NCBI RefSeq assembly: GCF_029855145.1
Contig: NZ_CP123231.1
Reading direction: 5' to 3' (one strand)
Source: Escherichia coli
GTDB taxonomy: Bacteria > Pseudomonadota > Gammaproteobacteria > Enterobacterales > Enterobacteriaceae
DNA: 24,000 bases
The notes under the pieces are model-generated. The model was not told the origin of the DNA, ran no database searches, and worked only from the letters and a program-made list of their open reading frames with translations. The position numbers and the translations under genes were made by a program. Shown here in pieces: positions 9,932-21,603 of the stretch (positions are counted from its first letter, which is position 1; each line of letters starts with the position of its first letter).

Positions 9932-10819
9932 ATGCCTGGTTCATTACGTAAAATGCCGGTCTGGTTACCAATAGTCATATTGCTCGTTGCCATGGCGTCT
10001 ATTCAGGGTGGAGCCTCGTTAGCTAAGTCACTTTTTCCTCTGGTGGGCGCACCGGGGGTCACTGCGCTGCGTCTGGCATTAGGCACGCTGATCCTCATCG
10101 CGTTCTTTAAGCCATGGCGACTGCGCTTTGCCAAAGAGCAACGATTACCGCTGTTGTTTTACGGCGTTTCGCTGGGTGGAATGAATTATCTTTTTTATCT
10201 TTCTATTCAGACGGTACCGCTGGGTATTGCGGTGGCGCTGGAGTTCACCGGACCACTGGCGGTGGCACTGTTCTCTTCTCGTCGCCCGGTAGATTTCGTC
10301 TGGGTTGTGCTGGCGGTTCTTGGTCTGTGGTTCCTGCTACCGCTGGGGCAAGACGTTTCCCATGTCGATTTAACCGGCTGTGCACTGGCACTGGGGGCCG
10401 GGGCTTGTTGGGCTATTTACATTTTAAGTGGGCAACGCGCTGGAGCGGAACATGGTCCTGCGACGGTGGCAATTGGTTCGTTGATTGCAGCGTTAATTTT
10501 CGTGCCAATTGGAGCGCTTCAGGCTGGTGAAGCACTCTGGCACTGGTCGGTTATTCCATTGGGTCTGGCTGTCGCTATTCTCTCGACCGCTCTGCCTTAT
10601 TCGCTGGAAATGATTGCCCTCACCCGTTTGCCAACACGCACATTTGGTACGCTAATGAGCATGGAACCTGCGCTGGCTGCCGTTTCCGGGATGATTTTCC
10701 TCGGAGAAACACTGACACCCATACAGCTGCTGGCGCTCGGCGCTATCATCGCCGCTTCAATGGGTTCTACGCTGACAGTACGCAAAGAGAGCAAAATAAA
10801 AGAATTAGACATAAATTAA
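9932..10819 (+). CDS. rhtA: threonine/homoserine exporter RhtA (YbiF), EamA/DMT family, 295 aa
   Basis: Ten-TM EamA-type sequence MPGSLRKMPVWLPIVILLVAMASIQGGAS.... SD GGGAGAAAG upstream of ATG 9932. Confidence 0.95.
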   Translation: MPGSLRKMPVWLPIVILLVAMASIQGGASLAKSLFPLVGAPGVTALRLALGTLILIAFFKPWRLRFAKEQRLPLLFYGVSLGGMNYLFYLSIQTVPLGIAVALEFTGPLAVALFSSRRPVDFVWVVLAVLGLWFLLPLGQDVSHVDLTGCALALGAGACWAIYILSGQRAGAEHGPATVAIGSLIAALIFVPIGALQAGEALWHWSVIPLGLAVAILSTALPYSLEMIALTRLPTRTFGTLMSMEPALAAVSGMIFLGETLTPIQLLALGAIIAASMGSTLTVRKESKIKELDIN

Positions 10820-10944
10820 ATTTACATTTCTGCATGGTTATGCATAACCATGCAGATTTTCTCGCTACTTTTCCTCTACGCCGTCTTTATATATCGAATT
10901 ATGCAAAAGCATATTTATTCCGAAAATTCCTGGCGAGCAAATAA

Positions 10945-11622
<678 letters not shown>

Positions 11623-11661
11623 ATCCATCGCTGATGGTGCAGAACTTTAGTACACGATAAA

Positions 11662-11693
11662 AGCGGCTTCCTGACAGGAGGCCGTTTTGTTTT
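11662..11693 (+). terminator. intrinsic terminator of dps
   Basis: GCGGCTTCCTG-ACA-GGAGGCCGTTTTGTTTT. Confidence 0.85.
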
Positions 11694-11853
11694 GTAGCCC
11701 GCCTCAACGCACTTATTTAGTGCATCCATCTGCTATCACCAGCTGGTTAAGTAAATTTTTTGTATCCACATCATCACACAATCGTTACATAAAGATTGTT
11801 TTTTCATCAGGTTTTACGCTAAATAATCACTGTGTTGAGTGCACAATTTTAGC

Positions 11854-11881
11854 GCACCAGTTTGGTGCCCCAGAATGGTGC
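11854..11881 (+). promoter_or_regulatory. tandem NtrC (GlnG) binding sites of glnHPQ
   Basis: GCACCA-GTT-TGGTGC (11854-11868, perfect) and GCCCCA-GAA-TGGTGC (11867-11881, one mismatch), centred about 107-120 bp upstream of the predicted start. Confidence 0.8.
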
Positions 11882-11953
11882 ATCTTCAGGGTATTGCCCT
11901 ATAAATCGTGCATCACGTTTTTGCCGCATCTCGAAAAATCAATGAGTTGCAAA

Positions 11954-11970
11954 ACTGGCACGATTTTTTC
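11954..11970 (+). promoter_or_regulatory. sigma-54 promoter glnHp2 (-24/-12)
   Basis: cTGGCAC-GATTT-TTTCA: consensus -24 TGGCAC, correct 5-nt spacer, off-consensus -12 (TTTCA rather than TTGCA). Confidence 0.8.
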
Positions 11971-12010
11971 ATATATGTGAATGTCACGCAGGGGATCGTC
12001 CCGTGGATAG

Positions 12011-12772
<762 letters not shown>

Positions 12773-12804
12773 TAACGCGGCGCCTGTAAAGCGCACTGGC
12801 AGTT

Positions 12805-12840
12805 CCCTCTCCCCGCCGGGGAGAGGATTAGGGTGAAGGG
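12805..12840. repeat. BoxC-like intergenic repeat between glnH and glnP
   Basis: cCCTCTCCCC-GCC-GGGGAGAGGattagggtgaaggg matches the enterobacterial BoxC pattern as I remember it. Confidence 0.6.
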
Positions 12841-12910
12841 CGCAAACCCGCTCCGGGGCCATTAATTACCCTGAATTTGATTATTTACACCACGGTAACA
12901 GGAACAACAT

Positions 12911-13570
12911 ATGCAGTTTGACTGGAGTGCCATCTGGCCTGCCATTCCGCTTCTGATTGAAGGTGCCAAAATGACCCTGTGGATTTCGGTCCTCGGTCTG
13001 GCTGGCGGTCTGGTGATCGGATTGTTGGCAGGTTTTGCACGCACCTTCGGTGGTTGGATAGCCAACCACGTCGCGCTGGTCTTTATTGAAGTGATCCGCG
13101 GCACACCTATCGTCGTCCAGGTGATGTTTATCTATTTCGCCCTGCCGATGGCGTTTAACGATTTACGCATCGACCCGTTTACTGCGGCGGTGGTCACCAT
13201 CATGATCAACTCCGGCGCGTACATTGCGGAAATCACGCGTGGTGCGGTGCTGTCTATTCACAAAGGTTTTCGTGAAGCAGGACTGGCGCTCGGTCTTTCA
13301 CGTTGGGAAACCATTCGCTACGTCATTTTACCGCTGGCACTGCGTCGTATGCTGCCGCCGCTGGGTAACCAGTGGATCATCAGCATTAAAGACACTTCGC
13401 TGTTTATTGTTATCGGCGTGGCGGAACTGACCCGTCAGGGGCAAGAAATTATTGCCGGTAACTTCCGCGCCCTTGAGATCTGGAGCGCCGTGGCGGTGTT
13501 CTATCTGATTATTACCCTGGTGCTGAGCTTTATTCTGCGTCGTCTGGAAAGAAGGATGAAAATCCTGTGA
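12911..13570 (+). CDS. glnP: glutamine ABC transporter permease GlnP, 219 aa
   Basis: [30 protein letters not shown]; EAA-loop motif [31 protein letters not shown]. Confidence 0.97.
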
Positions 13571-14289
13571 TTGAATTTAAAAACGTCTCCAAGCATTTTG
13601 GTCCAACCCAGGTGCTGCACAATATCGATTTGAACATTGCTCAGGGCGAAGTCGTGGTGATTATCGGGCCGTCCGGTTCCGGTAAATCGACCCTGCTGCG
13701 CTGCATCAACAAACTGGAAGAAATCACCTCCGGCGATCTGATTGTCGATGGCCTGAAGGTTAACGATCCGAAAGTTGATGAGCGCCTGATTCGCCAGGAA
13801 GCGGGTATGGTGTTCCAGCAGTTTTACCTCTTCCCGCATCTGACGGCGCTGGAAAACGTCATGTTTGGCCCGCTACGCGTGCGTGGCGCGAATAAAGAAG
13901 AGGCGGAAAAACTGGCGCGTGAGCTGCTGGCGAAAGTCGGTCTGGCAGAGCGTGCACATCACTACCCTTCCGAACTTTCTGGTGGTCAACAGCAGCGTGT
14001 GGCGATTGCCCGCGCGCTGGCGGTGAAGCCGAAAATGATGCTGTTTGATGAACCGACTTCCGCTCTTGACCCGGAACTGCGCCATGAAGTGCTGAAGGTT
14101 ATGCAGGATCTGGCTGAAGAAGGGATGACGATGGTGATCGTGACCCACGAAATCGGTTTTGCCGAGAAAGTAGCTTCGCGCCTGATCTTTATCGACAAAG
14201 GCCGGATTGCAGAAGATGGCGATCCGCAGGTGTTGATCAAGAACCCGCCGAGCCAGCGCTTGCAGGAATTTTTGCAGCACGTCTCTTAA
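13567..14289 (+). CDS. glnQ: glutamine ABC transporter ATPase GlnQ, 240 aa
   Basis: GTG start overlapping the glnP stop (GTGA). Walker [10 protein letters not shown], signature LSGGQQQR, Walker [13 protein letters not shown]. Confidence 0.97.
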
Positions 14290-14296
14290 CTTCTCT

Positions 14297-14322
14297 GCCT
14301 CCCTTTCCCCCGAAAGGGAGGC
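14297..14322. other. hairpin 3' of glnQ
   Basis: GCCTCCCTTTC-CCCC-GAAAGGGAGGC, perfect 11-bp arms, 7 nt after the glnQ stop. No following U-tract. Confidence 0.7.
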
Positions 14323-14405
14323 ACACCAGATTCCTCTCATTTAAAATCGCCTCTCCCCCAGCATCTATACTTATCTTTTTGCTCTGTTTTCTCACTGGAG
14401 GAGTC

Positions 14406-16631
14406 ATGCGGTGGATCCTGTTCATCCTCTTCTGCCTGTTGGGCGCACCTGCCCACGCGGTATCCATACCCGGCGTTACAACCACAACGACAACGGACTC
14501 AACGACTGAACCGGCCCCGGAACCGGATATCGAACAAAAAAAAGCGGCCTATGGCGCACTGGCGGATGTGCTGGATAATGACACCTCGCGTAAAGAGTTG
14601 ATCGACCAGTTGCGCACCGTCGCCGCTACGCCTCCTGCGGAACCCGTACCGAAGATCGTGCCGCCGACGCTGGTTGAAGAGCAAACCGTGCTGCAAAAAG
14701 TCACCGAAGTCAGCCGCCATTATGGTGAAGCCCTTTCCGCCCGCTTCGGGCAACTTTATCGCAATATCACCGGCTCCCCGCATAAGCCGTTTAATCCACA
14801 AACCTTCAGCAATGCGCTGACCCACTTTTCAATGTTAGCGGTATTAGTGTTTGGTTTTTACTGGCTGATTCGTCTGTGCGCACTGCCGCTGTATCGCAAA
14901 ATGGGCCAGTGGGCGCGGCAAAAAAATCGTGAGCGCAGTAACTGGTTGCAGCTTCCGGCGATGATCATCGGGGCGTTTATTATCGACCTGCTGTTACTGG
15001 CACTGACATTATTTGTCGGCCAGGTATTAAGCGACAACCTGAATGCGGGCAGTCGCACTATCGCTTTCCAACAAAGTTTGTTTCTCAACGCCTTTGCCCT
15101 GATTGAATTTTTCAAAGCCGTACTACGCCTGATTTTTTGCCCAAACGTAGCTGAACTGCGCCCGTTCACGATTCATGACGAGACCGCCCGTTACTGGAGT
15201 CGTCGCCTGAGCTGGTTAAGCAGCCTGATTGGCTATGGTCTGATTGTGGCTGTGCCGATTATCTCTAATCAGGTGAATGTACAGATAGGTGCGCTGGCGA
15301 ACGTCATCATTATGCTGTGCATGACCGTCTGGGCGTTGTACCTGATTTTTCGTAATAAAAAAGAGATCACCCAGCATTTGCTCAACTTTGCGGAGCATTC
15401 GCTGGCCTTTTTCAGCCTGTTTATCCGCGCCTTTGCGCTGGTGTGGCACTGGCTGGCAAGCGCCTATTTTATCGTGCTGTTTTTCTTTTCGTTGTTCGAT
15501 CCGGGCAACAGCCTGAAATTTATGATGGGTGCAACGGTGCGCAGCCTGGCGATTATTGGTATCGCAGCATTTGTTTCCGGTATGTTTTCCCGCTGGCTGG
15601 CGAAAACCATCACCCTCTCGCCACATACTCAGCGAAATTATCCGGAGCTGCAAAAACGGCTGAATGGCTGGCTTTCGGCGGCACTGAAAACAGCGCGTAT
15701 TCTGACAGTCTGCGTGGCGGTAATGCTGCTGTTGAGCGCATGGGGATTGTTCGATTTCTGGAACTGGCTGCAAAACGGCGCGGGGCAGAAAACCGTAGAT
15801 ATCCTGATCCGTATCGCACTCATTCTTTTCTTCTCGGCGGTTGGCTGGACGGTGCTCGCCAGTTTGATAGAAAACCGGCTGGCTTCGGATATTCATGGCC
15901 GCCCGCTACCCAGCGCCCGTACGCGAACCCTGCTGACGCTGTTCCGTAACGCGCTGGCGGTGATTATCAGTACCATCACCATCATGATTGTGTTGTCGGA
16001 AATCGGCGTCAATATCGCGCCATTGCTGGCAGGTGCCGGGGCATTAGGTCTGGCTATCTCGTTTGGTTCGCAAACGCTGGTGAAAGATATTATTACCGGA
16101 GTATTTATTCAGTTTGAAAACGGCATGAACACTGGAGATTTGGTGACTATCGGGCCGTTGACCGGCACTGTGGAACGGATGTCGATTCGCTCCGTGGGCG
16201 TGCGCCAGGATACCGGGGCGTATCACATCATTCCGTGGTCTTCGATAACCACCTTTGCTAACTTCGTCCGCGGTATTGGTTCGGTAGTGGCAAACTACGA
16301 TGTTGATCGCCATGAAGATGCTGATAAAGCCAATCAGGCACTGAAAGATGCGGTAGCAGAATTGATGGAAAACGAAGAAATTCGCGGGCTGGTTATTGGT
16401 GAACCGAACTTTGCCGGGATTGTCGGCTTAAGCAATACCGCGTTTACACTGCGTGTTTCGTTCACCACGCTGCCACTCAAACAGTGGACGGTCCGCTTTG
16501 CCCTCGACAGCCAGGTGAAAAAACATTTCGACCTGGCGGGTGTTCGCGCGCCGGTGCAGACTTATCAGGTGCTGCCAGCTCCGGGCGCGGCCCCGGCTGA
16601 ACCGTTGCCGCCGGGGGAGCCAACGCTTTAA
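14406..16631 (+). CDS. ybiO: MscS-family mechanosensitive channel YbiO, 741 aa
   Basis: Signal peptide [18 protein letters not shown], many TM segments, MscS core ([45 protein letters not shown]). ATG 14406 follows GGAGGAGTC. Confidence 0.95.
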
Positions 16632-17554
16632 CGCTGGCGATTGACAAAACGGCGGCGCTGCTCGTCGTTCATAAAGGTCCAGGCTATAAAGCGGCTCTGC
16701 TTTTGCCCCTGGGCCATCTCTTTTTTTACCACCTTCACCGCACCTACGTCCGTCAGAGCACGATACAACGGCGGTAAGTTTTCACCACGAGATACCAGCG
16801 AGGTAAACCACATCACCTGCTTCGCGAAGCCTTTGCTCTCTTCAATCATCTTTTTGATAAAAGCGACCTCACCGCCTTCACACCACAACTCCTGTTGCTG
16901 ACCACCAAAGTTCAGTGCATCGTCTTTGTTCAGCCCCAGGTTACGGCGTTTACGTTCACTACCTGCCCGTGCCGCAGCGGCGGAATCGTGGAATGGCGGG
17001 TTACACAAGGTCGCATCGTATTGCTCGTTTTTATGGATGATGCCGTTAAAAATCGCCCCACTCTCTTTTTGCCGACGCAGACGAATAGCGCGGTTAAGCC
17101 CCGGATTAGCACTGATGATCGCCTGCGCACTGCTTAACGCCTGGCTGCTGGTTTCACTACCGGTAAAACGCCAGCCATATTCATGTACGCCAATCAGCGG
17201 ATAAATACAGTTCGCACCAACGCCGATATCCAGAATGCTGGCATTAGCTGGAATTGTTCCGCTTGCTTCAGCCAGTAAATCGGCAAGGTGATGAATATAA
17301 TCCGCCCGGCCCGGTACTGGCGGGCAGAGAAAACCGTCCGGGATATCCCAGTTCGCTACGGCGTAAAAATGGGCCAGCAACGCCTTATTGAGCGCCTTCA
17401 CCGCCAGCGGATTGGCAAAGTCTACGCTTTGCTCCCCGGCGGGTGTAAGCGTGAGGAATTGCCTGAGTTCAGGATTGACCTGACAAAGCGTGGCGAGATC
17501 GTAGCGGCTGTGATGACGGTTGCGCGGATGCAACCCCGGTTTCTGGGCGGACAT
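16628..17554 (-). CDS. rlmF: 23S rRNA m6A1618 methyltransferase RlmF (YbiN), 308 aa
   Basis: SAM-binding motif [14 protein letters not shown] and NPPF motif (CNPPFHDS). Start [23 protein letters not shown] at 17554; the longer track ORF is a 5' extension. Confidence 0.95.
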
Positions 17555-17829
17555 AGCATTCTCCTTTAAGCAGCGGCGTAAGATACCCGCATAACGCGAC
17601 AGGGTAAATATCTGGCTGCGTTTATCATTTCTAAAAACCTTCACATGGCTATGGTTTATGGCAATTCACCATAAAAATCATCATCATGCATGTCATTGAT
17701 TTGTCTTATTTTGTAAAAACATATCGTTCAAAAAATAAGCGCATCTCTGTCAATTTTTTGCGTCATTTTCATCGCGCAGGCGACCTACACTTATCTGGCA
17801 CTACCCGTTGTATTTATGAGGATGTCATT

Positions 17830-18090
17830 ATGAAAAAGTGCCTCACACTACTGATTGCCACCGTCCTGAGCGGAATCTCTCTCACGGCTTATGCCGCGCA
17901 ACCGATGAGTAACCTGGACAGTGGTCAACTACGGCCCGCCGGTACCGTTTCGGCAACTGGCGCATCAAACCTAAGCGATCTGGAGGATAAACTGGCAGAA
18001 AAAGCGCGCGAACAAGGCGCGAAAGGTTATGTCATTAATTCCGCAGGCGGAAATGACCAGATGTTCGGTACTGCAATCATCTACAAATAA
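17830..18090 (+). CDS. mcbA: YhcN/BhsA-family (DUF1471) periplasmic protein McbA (YbiM), 86 aa
   Basis: Signal peptide MKKCLTLLIATVLSGISLTAYA plus the DUF1471 core GTVSATGASNLSDLEDKLAEKA...GYVINSAGG. Confidence 0.93.
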   Translation: MKKCLTLLIATVLSGISLTAYAAQPMSNLDSGQLRPAGTVSATGASNLSDLEDKLAEKAREQGAKGYVINSAGGNDQMFGTAIIYK

Positions 18091-18103
18091 CCCCACAAAC
18101 GTA

Positions 18104-18130
18104 ACTGCATTCGCCTCTGGATGCAGTTTT
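18104..18130 (+). terminator. probable intrinsic terminator of mcbA
   Basis: ACTGCAT-TCGCCTCTGG-ATGCAGTTTT. Confidence 0.6.
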
Positions 18131-18220
18131 CGTCCAATTTGTAAGCAAAAAACATCAAATATGAACGTAATGTAAATAAATGTATTTCTTTTTCGCGCAA
18201 TGGGTGATAGAAAATCGCGC

Positions 18221-18255
18221 CAAGTGATAATGCTTATCAAAATTATTATCACTTG
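18221..18255 (+). promoter_or_regulatory. Fur-box array upstream of fiu
   Basis: CAAGTGATAAT-GCTTATCAAAATT-ATTATCACTTG, 11-bp perfect arms, containing GATAATGCTTATC and related overlapping Fur hexamers. Confidence 0.8.
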
Positions 18256-18354
18256 CACGGACGCTATCACGGGATTAACAGTGGCATCGCATCCGCAGAG
18301 ATGCTTTCTCGTGACAGTGAAAATTTCACCATATAAGAAAAAGTCACCTGCAAA

Positions 18355-20637
18355 ATGGAAAACAATCGCAATTTCCCTGCCAGACAATTTCATTCGCTCA
18401 CGTTCTTTGCCGGTCTTTGTATTGGTATTACGCCTGTGGCGCAGGCACTCGCTGCCGAAGGGCAAGCTAACGCGGATGACACGCTGGTTGTCGAAGCATC
18501 AACGCCTTCGCTTTATGCGCCACAACAATCTGCCGATCCGAAATTCTCGCGTCCGGTAGCGGATACTACCCGCACGATGACAGTGATTTCTGAACAAGTG
18601 ATTAAAGATCAGGGTGCAACCAACCTTACCGACGCGCTCAAAAACGTCCCCGGCGTGGGTGCGTTTTTTGCGGGTGAGAACGGTAACTCCACCACTGGCG
18701 ACGCCATTTATATGCGCGGTGCCGATACCTCTAACAGTATTTATATCGATGGCATTCGCGATATCGGCAGCGTCTCGCGCGACACCTTCAATACCGAGCA
18801 GGTCGAAGTAATTAAAGGGCCGTCCGGCACCGACTACGGGCGCAGCGCACCGACAGGCTCGATCAATATGATCAGCAAACAGCCGCGCAATGATTCCGGC
18901 ATTGACGCCTCCGCCAGTATTGGCAGCGCCTGGTTCCGCCGCGGCACGCTGGACGTCAATCAGGTCATTGGTGATACCACTGCGGTGCGCCTGAATGTAA
19001 TGGGCGAAAAAACGCACGATGCCGGACGCGACAAAGTCAAAAATGAGCGTTACGGCGTCGCCCCTTCTGTCGCTTTTGGCCTTGGTACAGCGAATCGTTT
19101 GTATCTTAATTATCTGCATGTCACCCAGCACAACACGCCAGACGGCGGCATTCCGACTATCGGTTTACCGGGTTATTCTGCCCCATCTGCGGGAACAGCA
19201 GCCCTGAATCATTCCGGAAAAGTTGATACTCATAACTTTTACGGCACAGATTCCGATTACGACGATTCGATCACCGACACCGCTACCATGCGTTTTGAGC
19301 ACGACATCAACGATAACGCCACCATTCGCAACACTACGCGTTGGTCGCGCGTAAAGCAGGATTACCTGATGACGGCGATTATGGGTGGAGCGTCGAATAT
19401 TACCCAGCCCACCAGCGATGTGAATAGCTGGACGTGGTCACGCACGGCGAATACCAAAGATGTGAGTAACAAAATTCTCACCAACCAGACCAACCTGACC
19501 TCGACATTCTATACCGGCGCTATCGGTCATGATCTCAGTACCGGCGTGGAATTTACCCGCGAAACACAGACTAACTATGGCGTTAATCCGGTGACGTTAC
19601 CGGCGGTAAATATTTATCATCCTGACAGCAGCATTCATCCCGGCGGCCTGACGCGCAACGGCGCAAACGCCAATGGTCAGACGGATACCTTCGCAATTTA
19701 TGCCTTCGATACGCTGCAAATCACCCGTGATTTTGAGCTGAACGGCGGGATCCGTCTGGATAATTATCATACTGAATATGACAGTGCTACCGCCTGCGGC
19801 GGCAGCGGGCGCGGTGCCATCACCTGCCCTGCTGGCGTGGCAAAAGGTTCTCCGGTCACCACCGTCGACACCGCCAAGTCGGGCAATCTGGTGAACTGGA
19901 AAGCCGGGGCGCTGTATCACCTGACGGAAAACGGCAATGTCTATATTAACTATGCCGTTTCCCAGCAGCCGCCGGGCGGCAACAACTTCGCCCTTGCGCA
20001 GTCTGGCAGCGGTAACAGTGCCAACCGCACCGATTTTAAACCACAAAAAGCCAACACCAGCGAGATTGGCACCAAATGGCAGGTTCTGGATAAACGCCTG
20101 CTACTTACCGCCGCGCTGTTCCGTACTGATATTGAAAATGAAGTTGAGCAAAATGATGACGGGACTTATTCGCAATATGGTAAGAAACGTGTCGAAGGCT
20201 ACGAGATATCCGTGGCCGGGAATATCACCCCCGCATGGCAGATGATTGGCGGCTATACCCAGCAAAAAGCAACTATCAAAAACGGCAAAGATGTTGCCCA
20301 GGATGGTTCCTCATCGCTGCCGTATACCCCGGAACACGCCTTCACCTTATGGAGCCAGTATCAGGCAAGCGATGATATTTCTGTTGGTGCGGGCGCACGG
20401 TATATCGGCAGTATGCATAAAGGTTCAGACGGCGCGGTGGGAACGCCAGCGTTTACCGAAGGTTATTGGGTCGCCGACGCCAAACTGGGGTATCGGGTTA
20501 ATCGCAATCTCGACTTCCAGCTAAACGTCTACAACCTGTTTGATACCGATTACGTCGCCTCAATCAATAAGAGCGGCTACCGTTATCACCCGGGCGAGCC
20601 AAGAACCTTCTTGCTCACAGCTAATATGCATTTCTGA
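18355..20637 (+). CDS. fiu: TonB-dependent catecholate siderophore receptor Fiu (YbiL), 760 aa
   Basis: TonB-box-like DDTLVVEA, plug domain (VIKDQGATNLTDALKNVPGVG, YMRGADTSNSIYIDGIRDIGSVSRDTFNTEQVEVIKGPSG), C-terminal GEPRTFLLTANMHF. Confidence 0.97.
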   Translation: MENNRNFPARQFHSLTFFAGLCIGITPVAQALAAEGQANADDTLVVEASTPSLYAPQQSADPKFSRPVADTTRTMTVISEQVIKDQGATNLTDALKNVPGVGAFFAGENGNSTTGDAIYMRGADTSNSIYIDGIRDIGSVSRDTFNTEQVEVIKGPSGTDYGRSAPTGSINMISKQPRNDSGIDASASIGSAWFRRGTLDVNQVIGDTTAVRLNVMGEKTHDAGRDKVKNERYGVAPSVAFGLGTANRLYLNYLHVTQHNTPDGGIPTIGLPGYSAPSAGTAALNHSGKVDTHNFYGTDSDYDDSITDTATMRFEHDINDNATIRNTTRWSRVKQDYLMTAIMGGASNITQPTSDVNSWTWSRTANTKDVSNKILTNQTNLTSTFYTGAIGHDLSTGVEFTRETQTNYGVNPVTLPAVNIYHPDSSIHPGGLTRNGANANGQTDTFAIYAFDTLQITRDFELNGGIRLDNYHTEYDSATACGGSGRGAITCPAGVAKGSPVTTVDTAKSGNLVNWKAGALYHLTENGNVYINYAVSQQPPGGNNFALAQSGSGNSANRTDFKPQKANTSEIGTKWQVLDKRLLLTAALFRTDIENEVEQNDDGTYSQYGKKRVEGYEISVAGNITPAWQMIGGYTQQKATIKNGKDVAQDGSSSLPYTPEHAFTLWSQYQASDDISVGAGARYIGSMHKGSDGAVGTPAFTEGYWVADAKLGYRVNRNLDFQLNVYNLFDTDYVASINKSGYRYHPGEPRTFLLTANMHF

Positions 20638-20683
20638 TTCAGATGTGGGGCGCAAGGCTCACTAATGTTGATGGCGAGAGCAG

Positions 20684-20717
20684 GACTGCCTGATGCGCTG
20701 CGCTTATCAGGCCTACA
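20684..20717. repeat. REP/PU unit (first of a BIME pair)
   Basis: GACTGCCTGATGCGCTGCGCTTATCAGGCCTACA. Confidence 0.88.
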
Positions 20718-20750
20718 AGGTTGTGCAATACACTGAATTCACATCATTTG

Positions 20751-20785
20751 GTAGGCCGGATAAGGCGTTCACGCCGCATCCGGCA
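20751..20785. repeat. REP/PU unit (second of a BIME pair)
   Basis: GTAGGCCGGATAAGGCGTTCACGCCGCATCCGGCA. Confidence 0.88.
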
Positions 20786-20818
20786 CCTGAGCACCATTGC
20801 CTGCTGTTAAAAATCGGT

Positions 20819-20841
20819 GTGGGGCGCAGGCCCCACTTTTT
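20819..20841 (+). terminator. terminator-like hairpin directly upstream of the ybiX RBS
   Basis: GTGGGGC-GCAG-GCCCCAC followed by TTTTT. Ends 12 nt before the ybiX ATG. Confidence 0.65.
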
Positions 20842-20852
20842 GGAGAACTTGT

Positions 20853-21530
20853 ATGATGTACCACATTCCCGGCGTGTTATCGCCACAGGACGTCGCCCGT
20901 TTTCGCGAACACCTGGAACAAGCCGAATGGGTGGATGGGCGCGTCACCACCGGCGCACAAGGTGCGCAAGTTAAGAACAATCAACAAGTAGACACCCGCA
21001 GCGCCCTGTACGCCGCCCTGCAAAATGAGGTGCTGAACGCGGTTAACCAACATGCTTTGTTCTTTGCCGCGGCCTTGCCGCGTACCCTTTCCACGCCGCT
21101 GTTTAATCGCTATCAGAACAATGAAACCTATGGTTTTCATGTGGATGGCGCAGTACGCAGCCATCCACAAAACGGCTGGATGCGCACTGACCTTTCTGCC
21201 ACGCTGTTTTTAAGCGATCCAGAAAGCTACGACGGCGGCGAACTGGTCGTTAATGACACCTTCGGGCAACATCGGGTAAAACTCCCGGCAGGCGATCTGG
21301 TGTTGTATCCCTCCAGCAGCCTGCATTGCGTGACACCCGTAACCCGCGGCGTGCGAGTGGCATCATTTATGTGGATCCAGTCGATGATCCGTGATGATAA
21401 AAAGCGCGCCATGCTGTTTGAACTGGACAACAATATTCAGTCGCTGAAAAGCCGCTACGGCGAAAGTGAAGAGATCCTGTCACTGCTCAATCTTTATCAT
21501 AATCTGCTGCGGGAATGGTCGGAGATCTGA
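20853..21530 (+). CDS. ybiX: PKHD-type Fe(II)/2-oxoglutarate-dependent hydroxylase YbiX, 225 aa
   Basis: Prolyl-4-hydroxylase alpha-like motif ([10 protein letters not shown]...[21 protein letters not shown]...[11 protein letters not shown]). ATG 20853 after TGGAG; the upstream track start is an extension. Confidence 0.94.
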   Translation: MMYHIPGVLSPQDVARFREHLEQAEWVDGRVTTGAQGAQVKNNQQVDTRSALYAALQNEVLNAVNQHALFFAAALPRTLSTPLFNRYQNNETYGFHVDGAVRSHPQNGWMRTDLSATLFLSDPESYDGGELVVNDTFGQHRVKLPAGDLVLYPSSSLHCVTPVTRGVRVASFMWIQSMIRDDKKRAMLFELDNNIQSLKSRYGESEEILSLLNLYHNLLREWSEI

Positions 21531-21603
21531 CGCTTGAACTGCCCGAGTTCGTCCCTATATTAGCTACACTTAACTGTACAAGTATTGATATGGGGAGGAC
21601 GAT

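Noticed and set aside
15216-15896. 226-aa minus-strand ORF opposite ybiO
   Set aside because: It is Q/H/R-rich translation of the antisense of membrane-segment codons, typical shadow-ORF composition.
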